From positions 29,202,001-29,266,000 of the forward strand of contig OZ024756.1 in assembly GCA_964016885.1 (NCBI GenBank): 64,000 nt of DNA, in the 5' to 3' direction. Each line of letters begins with the position of its first letter. Positions within the stretch are counted from its first letter, which is position 1. The position numbers and the translations under genes were made by a program. The notes under the pieces were generated by a model that was not told the DNA's origin, ran no database searches, and saw only the letters and a list, made by a program, of their open reading frames with translations. Positions 36,470-51,338 of this stretch are shown in pieces. The stretch comes from Eledone cirrhosa (taxonomy: Eukaryota).

Positions 36470-39245
36470 CATGTTGATGACAGAAGAATTGGTGACAGCA
36501 GTGATGGTGACTGTGGCAGTGGTGGAAGTAGTGATGACAGAATTGGTGATGGTGGTAGTGGTAGTGGTAGTGGTGGTGATAGAATTGGTGATGGTGCTAG
36601 AAGAATTGGTGACTGTGGTGGTGACCCTTGCAGTGGTGATGGTGGAAGTGGTGACAGAGTTTGTGGTGATGGTGGTGGTGGTGGTAGCAATGGAATTGGT
36701 CATGTTGGTGACAGTGGTGGTGGTAATGGTGACTCTGGCAGTGGTGATGGTGGAAGTGGTGACAGAGTTTGTGGTGATGGTAGCAATGGAATTGGTCATG
36801 TTGGTGACAGTGGTGGTGGTGGTAATGGTTACCCTGGCAGTGGTGATGGTGGAAGTGGTGACAGAATTTGTGGTGATGGTGGTGGTGGTGGTAGCAATGG
36901 AATTGGTCATGTTGGTGACAGTGGTGGTGGTAATGGTGACTCTGGCAGTGGTGATGGTGGAAGTGGTGACAGAGTTTGTGGTGATGGTGGTGCTGATGGT
37001 AGCAATGGAATTGGTCATGTTGGTGACAGTGGTGGTGGAGGTGGTGACCCTTGCAGTGGTGATGGTGGAAGTGGTGACAGAGTTTGTGGTGATGGTGGTG
37101 GTGGTGGTAGCAATGGAATTGGTCATGCTGGTGACAGTGGTGGTGGTAATGGTGACCCTGGCAGTGGTGATGGTGGGAGTGGTGACAGAGTTTGTGGTGA
37201 TGTTGGTGGTGGTGGTGGTAGCAATGGAATTGGTCATGTTGGTGACAGTGGTGGTGGTAATGGTGACTCTGGCAGTGGTGATGGTGGGAGTGGTGACAGA
37301 GTTTGTGGTGATGGTGGTGGTGGTGGTAGCAATGGAATTGGTCATGTTGGTGACAGTGGTGGTGGTGGTAATGGTGACGCTGGCAGTGGTGATGGTGGGA
37401 GTGGTGACAGAGTTTGTGGTGATGGTGGTGGTGGTGGTAGCAATGGAATTGGTCATGCTGGTGACAGTGGTGGTGGTAATGGTGACCCTGGCAGTGGTGA
37501 TGGTGGGAGTGGTGACAGAGTTTGTGGTGATGGTGGTGGTGGTGGTGGTAGCAATGGAATTGGTCATGCTGGTGACAGTGGTGGTGGTAATGGTGACCCT
37601 GGCAGTGGTGATGGTGGAAGTGGTGACAGAGTTTGTGGTGATGGTGGTGGTGGTGGTAGCAATGGAATTGGTCATGTTGGTGACAGTGGTGGTGGTAATG
37701 GTGACTCTGGCAGTGGTGATGGTGGGAGTGGTGACAGAGTTTGTGGTGGTGGTGGTGGTGGTGGTAGCAATGGAATTGGTCATGCTGGTGACAGTGGTGG
37801 TGGTAATGGTGACCCTGGCAGTGGTGATGGTGGGAGTGGTGACAGAGTTTGTGGTGATGGTGGTGGTGGTGGTAGCAATGGAATTGGTCATGCTGGTGAC
37901 TGAGGTGGTGGTAATGGTGACCCTGGCAGTGGTGATGGTGGGAGTGGTGACAGAGTTTGTGGTGATGGTGGTGGTGGTGGTGGTAGCAATGGAATTGGTC
38001 ATGCTGGTGACTGAGGTGGTGGTAATGGTGACTCTGGCAGTGGTGATGGTGGGAGTGGTGACAGAGTTTGTGGTGATGGTGGTGGTGGTGGTGGTAGCAA
38101 TGGAATTGGTCATGCTGGTGACTGAGGTGGTGGTAATGGTGACGCTGGCAGTGGTGATGGTGGGAGTGGTGACAGAGTTTGTGGTGATGGTGGTGGTGGT
38201 GGTGGTAGCAATGGAATTGGTCATGCTGGTGACTGAGGTGGTGGTAATGGTGACCCTGGCAGTGGTGATGGTGGGAGTGGTGACAGAGTTTGTGGTGATG
38301 GTGGTGGTGGTGGTGGTAGCAATGGAATTGGTCATGCTGGTGACAGTGGTGGTGGTGGTAATGGTGACCCTGGCAGTGGTGATGGTGGAAGTGGTGACAG
38401 AGTTTGTGGTGATGGTGGTGGTGGTGGTGGTAGCAATGGAATTGGTCATGCTGGTGACTGAGGTGGTGGTAATGGTGACGCTGGCAGTGGTGATGGTGGG
38501 AGTGGTGACAGAGTTTGTGGTGATGGTGGTGGTGGTGGTGGTAGCAATGGAATTGGTCATGCTGGTGACTGAGGTGGTGGTAATGGTGACGCTGGCAGTG
38601 GTGATGGTGGGAGTGGTGACAGAGTTTGTGGTGATGGTGGTGGTGGTGGTGGTAGCAATGGAATTGGTCATGTTGGTGACAGTGGTGGTGGTGGTAATGG
38701 TGACTCTGGCAGTGGTGATGGTGGGAGTGGTGACAGAATTTGTGGTGGTGGTGGTGGTGGTGGTGATGGTAGCAATGGAATTGGTCATGTTGGTGACAGT
38801 GGTGGTGGTAATGGTGACCCTGGCAGTGGTGATGGTGGGAGTGGTGACAGAGTTTGTGGTGATGGTGGTGGTGGTGGTGGTAGCAATGGAATTGGTCATG
38901 TTGGTGACAGTGGTGGTGGTAATGGTGACTCTGGCAGTGGTGATGGTGGGAGTGGTGACAGAATTTGTGGTGGTGGTGGTGGTGGTGGTGATGGTAGCAA
39001 TGGAATTGGTCATGTTGGTGACAGTGGTGGTGGTAATGGTGACCCTGGCAGTGGTGATGGTGGGAGTGGTGACAGAGTTTGTGGTGATGGTGGTGGTGGT
39101 GGTGGTAGCAATGGAATTGGTCATGTTGGTGACAGTGGTGGTGGTAATGGTGACTCTGGCAGTGGTGATGGTGGGAGTGGTGACAGAGTTTGTGGTGGTG
39201 GTGGTGGTGGTGGTGGTAGCAATGGAATTGGTCATGCTGGTGACT
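36470..39245. repeat. ~108-117-bp TGG-based minisatellite
   Basis: GCAATGGAATTGGTCATG recurs about every 110 bp. Unit lengths differ by multiples of 3. Confidence 0.95.
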
Positions 39246-42200
39246 GAGATGGTGGTGGAGGTGGTGACAATAATGGTGACAGTAATGGTAGAGGCGGTGA
39301 TAATATTGGTGACAGTGGTGGTGGCGGTGACAGGATTGGGAGCAGTGGTGACATTATTGGATGTGGTAGCTGTGACAGTGGTGGTGTTAGTGGTAGCAAT
39401 GGTGGTAGTGTTGGTAGAGATAGTAGTGGTAGCAAGAGGGAGAGAGGAACATAAGAGAAAGGCGTGGGGAAGGGACAGGGAAAGTGGGAGGAGTGAAGAA
39501 TGATGAAAGAGACAGAGAGAGAGATGAGGAGAGGAGGGAAGAGAGAGTAGTGGGAGTGGCAACAGCGGGTATAGTGGGAGTGGTAGCAATGAATAGTGGG
39601 AGTGGTGGCAGTGAGTGGTGGGAGTGGTGGCAGTGAGTGGTGGGAGTGGTGGCAGTGAGTATAGTGGGAGTGGTAGCAGTGAGTATAGTGGGAGTGGTAG
39701 CAGTGAGTGGTGGGAGTGGTAGCAGTGAGTATAGTGGGAGTGGCAACAATGAGTATAGTGGGAGTGGTAGCAGTGAGTTGTGGGTGTGGTAGTAATATGA
39801 GAGAGAGGTAATGAATGATGGGAGGAGTTTGATTGTAGCAAGAGAGGAGGGAAGGAGGAAGAATTAGAAGAATTGGAAAAATAAAAGTGGTAGGAGGAGG
39901 TGAAAGTATTAAGGAAAAGGTGAGAGGTAGAGTAGATGAAGAGGGGTGTAAAGGTGGAGAAAAAGGCAAGGGAGAGAGGTAGGAAGAAAGGGGGGACAGG
40001 AGAGTAGGGAGAGAGGGGAGGAAGAGGTAGAGGAGAAGAGAGAAGTAGAGGAGCTGTACAAATGTGGTGGTGGAGGAGTAGAAGTGAGGGAAGAAGGAAG
40101 AAAGGAGGGAAAAGATAGTAGAGGAGAGGGGTAAGAAAGAGGTAGGGGTGGAGCAAGAGAAAGAGGGTTGGGGGGGTGACTGGGGCAGAGTGTGAGGTGT
40201 GAGGAAGGAATGAGTGAGGTAGAAGAGGTGGGGATGGAGAGGTTGACAAGGGAGGAGAAAACGAGGTAGGGGGAGGGAGGGGGAGAGAAAGATAGTAGAG
40301 GGGTAGAAAGTGGGTGGAGAAGGAGAAAGTGGGTGGGGAAGAGAGAGAGGGCGGGGCAGGAATAGGAGAAAGAAATGAGAGGGGGAATATAAAAAAATTT
40401 AAACTGATCACTATATTTTGGCCATTTTATTAGTTTTGTTTTGTTTTATTTTATTTATGTTTTCTATCCTATCCCCCACCCCACCCCATCCAGTGCCAAA
40501 CAAAACTGATTGGATCTTTAGATTGAGCAATGGTATTGATTTAATGTATTGATGATCAATAAGTAGTTGTTTGGTTTGTTTGTTTTTTAATACTTTTTTT
40601 GCACTAATAGTACCACCACCACCACACCACCATTACTACACCACCACCACCACCATTACTACACCACCACCACCACCTATGTCAACGATGACAACAACAA
40701 CAACAACGACAAATGACAACTCCACTATCAATGTCACAGTACAGTACACTACCCCTGGACAGGAGAACCTCTATGTGGTCATTTAAAATGCTAGAAATAG
40801 CAGCAAATTCTTTTACAAATCAACTATTTACTTTAAAAAAACAACAGAAAAGACACACAGGCTAAAATGGCCCCGAGTAAACAACACCTGGAAAATAGAC
40901 AGGGATGGTCATGAACTGAATGTCTTTTATCGTAGGTTTGCTCTATCAAGGTTGACATGGGGCTAAACAACACTAATACTTACTCTAAAATAGCAGCTAA
41001 AGATAGCAGCTAATTCTCATTCAAACTACATGCTATAATAGTATTAGAGAAAGGACACATCAGATAACATGGTCATGGGTGCGCTGTGTGATAACAAGAA
41101 AAAAAAACGTGGTGTTCAGAAGTGGAAAATTCTGATCATCGTTCCTCTCGATCAGGTTTGACCTAGGGCTAAACTATTACATCCACATTAAGAGCCTGTC
41201 AGATTAGGTAAAGTTCTCAGAATTTCAAACCAAATTCTTCAAAACTTCAAAATAAGAGTCTAGATTGTTACCATTCCATCGTCCATACCTGGGATATCAC
41301 CGTATTGATTAATTAGTTAATTGGATGTACCAGATATACTTGAATATAAACTGAGGAATATATGACCGAAAAATTGCTGGCAAAAGGGGCTGTCGGCTTA
41401 TATTCACCATTTAAACATAATGAGTTGATTAGTTGCCTCAGCTTATAAACAGGGGTTTTGATTTTTGCCCATTTCTCAGACATACAACATGGGGGGGGGG
41501 GGGGGGGTCAGGTTATATTCGAGTATATAATAATGAAAATAATAATAATGAAATTATTGTGTACAGTGTGCTCAGGTGCACTACAACTCATCAAAGGTGC
41601 ATGCATAGTACATAGAATAATGTACAAATGCCAGGAAAGTGAACAGTGTATGAGTCTTAATATACATGTGTGTACGTGTATGGAGGGGGAATATCAGGTG
41701 TAGTGTTGGCGAATTTCAGGAAGCATGGAGGTTTTAAAGGATGCATATATACAGTATATAAGCAGCAAATTGGCAGAATCATTGGATTAGTGATTCTCAG
41801 AGACACAGACGTCGTCCCTTGCCTTGCATTCCCAGGTTTCTTCAACTCCGCTCCCATTTTAGTCAATTTTCACACAATTTAGTGCCACATCAGTCTTGGA
41901 GACCCTGAAGAGGGGTCATGGGCATAGCTCTTCTGTCCTTGACTAAACAGTAAATAAAAATGCTTACAACAGAGTGGATGCTATTGATCGTTTCAATGCT
42001 GTATCTCCACATAAAATCAAACAAGGTCACACAAAGTCACACTTGACCATACAAGACCACACAATGGCACACAAGACAGCATAAGGTCACAAAACACCAT
42101 ACAAGGTCACACAACATTGCACATGACCACACAAGTTCTCACAAGATCACACAACATCGCATATGATCATAGAAGATCACATACATTTGCAATGTCACAC

Positions 42201-42349
42201 AAGGTCATAGAAAACCACACAAGGTCTTAAAGAACTGCACAAGATCACTCAAGGTCACACAGAACGTAAAGGGATGTAACTCTATGCTTTGAAGCATTAT
42301 GTCTAATGCTCTACAAATACCGCCAATCCAATAATAATTGGGTAGGGGT

Positions 42350-43600
42350 TAAAGACCCCCTTTGTTCAGGCATAACCATGGGATTTGCACCTACAGTGTT
42401 CCCCTCTGAGGCAGAAGTCTAGGAAAGGTTGTTTCTGGAAGACCAGCAGTCCCCTATTCATACCAGTCTCCTCTCTCCAGGCCCCGATATTGTCCAAGGC
42501 AAAGGACGATACAGCTTGGCACCAGTGACATCGCAATTCATTTCTACAGCTGAGTGAACTGGAGCAATGTGAAATAAAGAGTCTTGCTCAAGGGTACAAC
42601 GCAACACCTGGTCTGAGAATCGAACTCACAACCTCACGATTGCAAGCCCAATACCTTAACCACTAAGCCAGGTGCCTTCTAAATAATAATAATAATTGTT
42701 TCTACTTTAGGCACAAGGCCAGCAATTACCCAGTGCATTACTGGTACTTTATTTTATCGACCCCGTAAGGATGAAAGGCAAAGTCAACCTCGGCAGGATT
42801 TGAACTCAGATCGTAAAGGGACGTAACTATGCTGGAAAGCATGGCGTCCGACCCTCTAACGATACTGCCAATCCACCACCATTTAATAATAATAATAATG
42901 GTTTCTACTATAGGCACAAGGCCAACAATTTTGGGGGAGGGGAAAGTCAATTAAATCAATCCCAGTGTGTTACTGGTACTTTATTTTATCGACCCCGTAA
43001 GGATTAAAGGCAAAGCCAACCTCAGTGGGATTTGAACTCAGAACTTAAAGGGCCTTAACTCTTTTTTTTTATCCCCACCCTCTAATTCCTTCCACATCCA
43101 TGTCCTCCTCTCACCCAGTTACTTTCATCCTTCCTTAACACATGAGCCAACCAATTAACAGTCACCCCTACAAAAAAGAAAAAAAAATGTTGCTTCAGAG
43201 ATAATCCTATTTGGGGCAGTATAATTATTGAGGTTTGAAAAACATGCTCACATTAATATGATGCTCAGGTGAATATTGACTAAATGATACTTGAAAATAG
43301 GGAAGGAATTGAAGAAACCTGAGGTTGAAAGTGGAGGCATGTGGCCTAGTGGTAAGTGTGTTGGAATTAAGTTCATAATGCTGTGGATTCGATTCCAGGA
43401 CTGGATTGTATGTTGTTATCTTGAGCAAAATACTTCATTTTACATTGCTCCATTAAACTCTGCTGAAAATGAGTACAGCAGTAGCTGGGAGTTTAACCTT
43501 GTGATGGACTGGCATCCAGTCCAGAGTGAAGTCTTGTACTGTCAGTCACTTCATGCCACAGAAATAGAGATAAGCACGGGGCCTGATGAACCCCCAGGCT
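42350..43600. mobile_element. SINE cluster: long CORE-like SINE (42350-42680 -), two GCCTTTCATCC SINEs (42690-43045 -), CORE-like SINE (43333-43600 +)
   Basis: A/B boxes and the family motifs described above. Confidence 0.75.
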
Positions 43601-43884
43601 TGAAACAGACTTTAAATTGAGATTGAAAGGGGAAGAATATAACCTGGCTCTCTGAGAACCACTGGACTATACTATAGTTAAGGTTTCATACACCTGCTTA
43701 TTAATGAAGAATTTAGTTATATTTCTAATTCACTCAAAATACTTGATTATTTCTTTAAATTCTTGGAAAATTGTAGGCAGCAGGTGTCAGGTGGTGCTAT
43801 TAAGTTAGACATTGCCTCCTGGGCCAACACTGGCTGAAACATATCAAATTTATAAAAGTAAGAGTCTTTCAATAGAACTACCAT

Positions 43885-44340
43885 AACAAAAGGGTTAACG
43901 TGTGTATATTTATCTAAAAACCTTCCATCATGATTTTATGTAAGAAACTTTAAATTATCTGCAAATATTTTATTATTTTCAAAATTCTTCGAAAAATCAT
44001 CTTTCGGTAGAGATATGTTAACAAAAGGGTTAAATGTTTATATTTATCTAAAAACCTTTCATCGTGATTTTATGTAAGAACCTTTGTTAAGTTATGTTCC
44101 AAACACCTATATAATGATGAGAAAGTTACTAAATGGCTCTAATTCTTTTATTATTTTCAAAATTCTTTGAAAATCATAGGCTGTATCTTTCAGTAGAAAT
44201 ATGGAAACAAAAGAGTTAAAATGTTTATATTTATCTAAGAAACTTTATTAAGTTATGTTCCAAATATCTACTTTATAATGAAAAAGTTTGTTACATTACA
44301 AAATGCCTCAAAATTTTTGATCATTTTCAAAAATATGCTA
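43885..44340. repeat. Degenerate tandem AT-rich repeat with AACAAAAGGGTTAA ends (related copies at 9865-10250 and 11455-11625)
   Basis: Recurrent TTTATATTTATCTAAAAACCTTCCATCAT..AAGAACCTTTGTTAAGTTATGTTCCAAAC. Confidence 0.6.
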
Positions 44341-44999
44341 AAAATATGCTAAGGAAAGGGTCAAATTAAGCCTGGTGGGACATGGTCTTCAAATTTCAAT
44401 AACTAAACTAGAAACTGGAAGGCAAAGATTTCTATTCCACCATTCTTCAATATCATTACTATATCGGACTCATAAGATAAACACAATGTAGTCGCTAGAC
44501 CTGCTAGAAATAGCAGTCAAACATTCATTAATTCACACTGTATCATCTTTATAAGGAAGGTAGTGGGGGGAAATATGATGAATTATAATGCTGCAGACAC
44601 ATTTACGATGTCTTACACAAAAAATGAATTTAAAAAATGATGGGATGGTCATGGTTGTAATGTCTTTGATCCTAGTTCTGTTCAATTAGGGCTGACCTGG
44701 TGTTAAATATTAAGAATAATACAACTAAATTATTGAGTCAACACAGAAACCTCTATGACATCGTTGCACCTGCTAGAAATAGCAGTCAAATTTCACTGTT
44801 ATGTAAACACACACACACACATATATATACAAGTGGAAGCTTAATAAAATCGAAGCTTTGGCTGTGGCCAAGCAAAGTTGACCTACAATAAGGAATGAGT
44901 AGCAAAGCACTCAATAAGGGTAGGTCCTTAGAGTAATAACATATGTTTAAATAGCTTGACAAATTGAAAATTGCGGTAGGCAAAACTCAAAACTAAACC

Positions 45000-45037
<38 letters not shown>

Positions 45038-45271
45038 TGTATAGGAAAAACAAACACTAGGCGTGAAGTAAAGAAAAGAAGTGAAGAATTTTATCAAAAG
45101 TTCCAGATCTAGATGTCGATACACCCGGATCTCAGCCATTTGGGGTCCTGAATCTTTTCATATATATATATATGTGTAACGTATTTCATATATATACGTG
45201 TAACATAAAGGAAAGAAGAGTGCTCTATGTATTGTACAGAGCTATTCAATTACATAATAAACAACACTATC

Positions 45272-45338
45272 TCATTACCGAAGGTTTCAAGAAACTAGGT
45301 GATTCTTGCAAGAAACATCCAGCTCGTTCATCAGATAA
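45272..45338 (-). ncRNA. Hammerhead motif, family C (second copy)
   Basis: UUAU-CUGAUGA-ACGAGCUGGAUG..CACCUAGUUUCUU-GAAA-CCUUCGG-UA-AUGA. Confidence 0.65.
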
Positions 45339-45398
45339 AACAATTATGTTTCAGATATAAATTTTGAAAGTGATTTTGAAAAAAAACAAATATATATA

Positions 45399-45588
45399 TA
45401 TATAATACATTATAAAGAAAGAAGAAACATTAGATATAATTAATAAGATATACCATACCTAAATTTCTTCATTATCCTCGACTACGTAGTTTCGTGGCTT
45501 ATTATGCAAAAACATTATCTTATTATGCAAAAACATTATCTTATTAATTATATCTAATGTTTCTTCTTTCTTTATAATGTATTATATG
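45399..45588. repeat. Inverted repeat with ~50-bp arms
   Basis: ATAATACATTATAAAGAAAGAAGAAACATTAGATATAATTAATAAGATA and its reverse complement. The spacer contains a 21-bp duplication. Confidence 0.8.
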
Positions 45589-45748
45589 GCTCTGATATTG
45601 AATCAATCTAATCCATTCGGATTATTTTGTCCCAATTATTCATAGAGCAACAACGGTTAAGGTTGGCACCACACAAATTCAGAGATATATGTGGGTATAT
45701 TCATGTATATGTATGCATTCGCATGTGTCTGTGTATTTCTTTATATTG

Positions 45749-45780
<32 letters not shown>

Positions 45781-45787
<7 letters not shown>

Positions 45788-45943
45788 TAAAATAACAGAT
45801 TAAAGTTTAAGCAAAGAATCGCTGCTTTCACCCTTAACGGGATCTTCTGAAACTAAGTTTGATTTTGTTAGTTTCAGAAGATCCCATTTAGGGTGAAAGC
45901 AGCGATTCTTTGCTTAAACTTTAATCTGTTATTTTAATAAATA
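45781..45943. repeat. Fold-back with ~76-bp arms starting at (TA)n
   Basis: Arms 45781-45856 and 45868-45943. A related single copy lies at 55680-55760. Confidence 0.85.
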
Positions 45944-46249
45944 TTTGCTCTACGGTTCTTATATATTTGATATATATTTATCCTTATCGAGCCCTCTTTG
46001 GATTTTAGTCTTCACATTTATTATTATTACTATATATATATATATATATATATATAGGGACTGGGGTCCATATCATTCCACTGCAAAGTGATCGTGGAGG
46101 TGCCACGGCAAAAAAGCACCCAGCACTCACTGTAAATGAGGTTGGTGTTAGGAAGGGCATCAAGCTGTAGAAATCAAGCCAAAATCAGTTCCCGTCCCAC
46201 CCTTGCAAACAGGGAAAAAGCGGACGTAAAATGAAATGAATGAATGAAA

Positions 46250-46317
<68 letters not shown>

Positions 46318-46960
46318 ATTTTTGAAGTTGTTTTGCAAGATTTCTTTTCTGAAAACATGTGAAAACCAACAGGTGCATGTATTTTTATTGGCAGTATGAC
46401 CCTCCTAAATTATAACAATATATCATTATCATCATCATCATCTTCATCATTTTACATCCGCTTTTCCCTGCTTGCAAGGGTGGAACGGGTCCTATTCAGC
46501 ACAGCATCTCTCCACTTGTCACGGTCCTTCGTCATATATATATATATATATATTGTGAAGTCTCTTATTGTATCAATTTCTTTTCGTTGAACAACTAAGG
46601 CACACACAGGGACATGGAAAACACATGCCATTTTTTTGTTCCCTGTTACTAATGTTACCGATCTATTTTTTTTCTCTTTTCTCTTTTTTTTTTTGTTTTT
46701 ATTTTTAAGCATGCTACTTAATTTATCAATTTCGTTTTGTCGAACCGCTAGGTCACAAACAGAGGCACAAACATGGACATCATCAACATTACTAGAATAT
46801 GTTACTGGGGGGGGGGGGGGTGAAAAAAATTAATAATTAAATAAATAAAATAGACTCTCACCCCACCACACCACGCCACCCAACCCTCATCACAGCTCAC
46901 CTCCATAAGAATTGGTCCCCAAAATCTTAGTCATAATCATAATCATAATCTTAATCTTAC

Positions 46961-47018
46961 CTGAATCCAAGTCTTCATATTTCTCCACCAATGTATGATA
47001 CATGTCAATCAACGTCAT
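46961..47018 (-). CDS. Candidate alternative first coding exon of the ClC gene (MTLIDMYHTLVEKYEDLDS-G)
   Basis: aaaATG start, then CAG|gtaaga consensus donor in phase 1, compatible with the exon at 12021. Speculative. Confidence 0.25.
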
Positions 47019-47613
47019 TTTTTTATTGTTTGATGATGGGAGCTGTGAGTGTGGTGGGAGCTGTGGGGTGTGTGCAAACTGTGGGAGCTGTGGGGGTGTG
47101 GGTGTTGTGCAAACTGTGGGAGCTGTGGGTGTGTGGGTGTTGTGCAAACTGTGGGAGCTGTGGGTGTGTGGGTGTTGTGCAAACTGTGGGAGCTGTGGGG
47201 TGTTGTGGGAACTGTGGGAGCTGTGGGGGTGTGGGTGTTGTGCAAACTGTGGGAGCTGTGGGGGTGTGGGTGTTGTGCAAACTGTGGGTGTCGTGGGAGT
47301 TGTGCAAACTGTGGGTGTCGTGGGAGTTGTGCAAACTGTGGGAGCTGTGGGTGTGTGGGTGTTGTGGAAACTGTGGGAGCTGTGGGTGTCGTGGGAGTTG
47401 TGAGTGTTGTGGGAGCAATCAGAGTGCAGCTATGTGTTTTATGGGAGGGAGATGGAAGGAAAGAAAATATTATGTGCAATGACCACTGCACTATGTGAAG
47501 ACTGGACAACAGTAGCTGTTGTAGTAGTAGTAGTAGTAGTGGTAGTGGTAGTAGTAGTAGTAGCAGTGGCAGTGGTGGTGGTGGTGGTAGTGGTAGTAGT
47601 AGTAGTGGTGGTG

Positions 47614-47677
<64 letters not shown>

Positions 47678-47736
47678 CAGCAGTGGTAGTGGTGGTGTTG
47701 GTGGTAGTGGTAACAGTAGTAGTAGTAGTGGTAGTG

Positions 47737-47787
<51 letters not shown>

Positions 47788-47842
47788 AAAGTGGTGGTGG
47801 TGTTGTTGGTGGTAGTGGAAGCAGTAGTAGTAGTAGTAGCAG

Positions 47843-47883
<41 letters not shown>

Positions 47884-48109
47884 TGGTGGTGTTGGTAGTA
47901 GTAGCGGTAGTAGTAGTAGTAGTAGTAGTCCTGTTCTGTCCTTGTAATGTCCACTAGCACACTGACCACACTTGTGCAAGTCTTGTTAAATCCTGGATTG
48001 CAGGTGGATTTGGAAAGTAAGGTAGGGTGGTGGTGAATTGGGGGAGGGGGGTCGGATGAGAGAGCTGTGGGGCAGGGAAGAGGAGATTGTTACACTCAAT
48101 TTTCTTTGA

Positions 48110-48183
<74 letters not shown>

Positions 48184-48960
48184 GTGTGGCGAGAGAGAGA
48201 GAGAGGGGGAGTAAAATTAGGGACCCAAGTGTGAGGGAGGGCGTGAAGATCTACCTTTGCCCACTCAAACTGAAGACATATTGACCCCTAGGAGAAGGGA
48301 CAGGGGAAAAAAAGAAGGAATGAAAAAAGGAAGGAAGGAAGGAAGGAATGAAAGAAGGGAGGGAGGAAGGAAGTAAGGAAGGAAGGAAGGAAAGGAAGGA
48401 AGGAAAGAAGGAAGGAAGGGAGGCAGGTCGGGTCTATAGCCAAAATATATTTGCTACTGCCAAATCCACAACATACATTGTTACAGCTCACACCTGTAGC
48501 TTACACCTGTGGCTCACACCTGTGGCTCACACCTGTAGCTCACACCTGCGACTCACACCTGTATAGATTTAGCTAGTCTTACTATGACGTTGGATCAGAG
48601 GTGTTCACTTGGGTGTTTTAACGATAGGGGATCCTTGTCCTATCATTATATATATGTGTGTGCGTCTGTGTATATATATATATAATTATTAAGGCCAGTT
48701 ACTGCAATGGTGCAATACCAGGTATAGATATTTCCTTAGTCCTGAAGACTTGAATTGTTCTATACCTTAGATATCGTTACCAACCTATTACTACTATGTA
48801 TGTGTGTGCTTGTGTGTGTGTTGCTGTGTGTGCGTGTTGCTGTGTGTGAGTGTGTTGTTATAATGGTTCATACCCGTGTAGGTTTAACTGGCCTTTCTTC
48901 AAAAGTTGTATTTCATTGCAAGTCTCTCGGGTGATTTAATGATAGTTGAACCTTAGTTAT

Positions 48961-49011
<51 letters not shown>

Positions 49012-49533
49012 ATAGGGGTTACCCCTGTATAGGTTTAGCTGGTCATAAATTGATGGTTCATGCCATCTGAGGTCAGTTGACAGTTTTAAATGATAGGGGA
49101 CCCCAAACCTATCATTCTATGACATATGCATCCATCCATGAAAAATAAAACAGATGTGATAATTTACAGTCAGACCAATTCCATACTTTGACACCAGGGG
49201 ACCCCAACAGATATATCCATGCCCTCACAAGAAAAAAAATAAACTCTCGAAAACAAAACAAATTGATACAAAAAAAAAAGAAAATGATATGTGTGAAAGC
49301 AAAGAGTAGATAGGTTTGCAAGGATGTGTTAGGAGTAGGGGGGGGGGGGGTATCCCGTTTTTGATAGATGGGTGTATGATGAGGGTGTCTCAGATTTTCA
49401 AAGGGTCTGAGATGAGGGCTGCTACATATTTTTGAAAGAAGGGTGTGTGATGGCGAGGAGAAGTGGGGTTGTCACATATTTTCTTAAGAAGTGGATGTTG
49501 TTGGGGCATCTCATACTTTTGAAACAAAGGTGT

Positions 49534-49564
<31 letters not shown>

Positions 49565-49569
49565 CACAT

Positions 49570-49619
<50 letters not shown>

Positions 49620-50508
49620 GAGAGACAAAGCTTATCCAATAGAAGGGACACAGCTTCGGCCGTTTCCTCACTCACTCAAAAATCAAATTAAGTCTGTAAT
49701 TATTAAAATTCAAACCCAACTGCATAGAGTGCACACATACATTAATCAGAGACGAATACGACTTCATGTGGGTATGGCAATTGACATCTATATGTGTGTG
49801 TGTGTGTGTGTGTATATATGTATATGTATATATGTTAGTGTATTTAAAATTAAAAAAGTATTTTTATCAACAGTTGTTGATAACTGTAACAAATTGGGTG
49901 TGGTGCCTTTAGCTACAGACTTACCCAGACATTTAGGGCAAGAAAGAAGAAGACAAGGAAGAAGAAGAAGAAGAAGAAGAAGAAAAGGAAAAAGAAAAAG
50001 AAGTTAGATTAAGGAAGACAAGTAAGAGAGGTAAATTGGTGGTGGTGGTGGTGAAGTAACGGAGGTGAGGGACTTTATGACCCTAGTCAAACAGTTTACA
50101 TGTATAGGATATAGGTGAGTGGAAACAGAATGAAATGAGATGAAGACAGATCTATCTATCTATCTATATGTTAAACGATGATGATGATGATGATATATAT
50201 ACATATATATATATATATATCTATATATATAGGGAGGAGGGAGAGAGAAAGAGATATATAGATAGGTAAAAAGACAGATAGATAGACACGTAGGTAGATA
50301 TACAGGTGAATAAGTAGAGAGGTAGGCAGGTATACAGGTGGACAGATAAGAGAGGCTAAAGAGAAATATGTAGATAGATAGACAACTAGATAAGTAATCA
50401 AATATATATATATAGAAATAATTTAATATAGAAATGGCTTCTACAGGACTAGAACTCAAATGTATTGAGTACCTTACTTACTGTGATTTCCCTCGATTGA
50501 ACCCGGGA

Positions 50509-50562
<54 letters not shown>

Positions 50563-50919
50563 ATGCAAGCGTGGAACACGGACGTTAAACGTTGATGATG
50601 ATATATATGCAGAGAAAGGGGAGGGAAAGAGATACAGAGAGAGTGAGAGGGAAAGAGATACAGAGAGGAGGTAGAGAAAAAGAGAAGTTAATGATTTGGT
50701 TTAAGAATATTCCCTGCCTTTGCTATCCAAGTTACAGAGTTTTGTTGTGTGAATTATGGAACGAAATGTGTTTGAAAATTTTGTGTGTCTGTGTGTGCAT
50801 TTTCTTATCGGTGATTCTGTATGTGCGTGCATATGTGTGTGTGATTTCTTCAAGTTATGAAATCTTTGAATGTGTGTGTTTTTTTTGTATGTGTGACTTG
50901 TAATCCAACTTTTGAAAAT

Positions 50920-51305
50920 TGTGTGTGTGGGTATGTGTACAATTTCTTATCCAAGTTATGAAATCTGTGACTGTGTGTGTGTGTGGGTATGTGTACAATT
51001 TCTTATCCAAGTTATGAAATCTGTGACTGTGTGTGTGTGTGGGTATGTGTACAATTTCTTATCCAAGTTATGAAATCTGTGACTGTGTGTGTGTGTGGGT
51101 ATGTGTACAATTTCTTATCCAAGTTATGAAATCTGTGACTGTGTGTGTGTGTGGGTATGTGTACAATTTCTTATCCAAGTTATGAAATCTGTGACTGTGT
51201 GTGTGTGTGGGTATGTGTACAATTTCTTATCCAAGTTATGAAATCTGTGACTGTGTGTGTGTGTGGGTATGTGTACAATTTCTTATCCAAGTTATGAAAT
51301 CTGTG

Positions 51306-51338
<33 letters not shown>

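Noticed and set aside
47002-47498. Cys-rich metallothionein/keratin-like ORFs (CCANCGSCG)
   Set aside because: A ~40-bp GT-rich tandem repeat that is open in several frames, with no gene structure.
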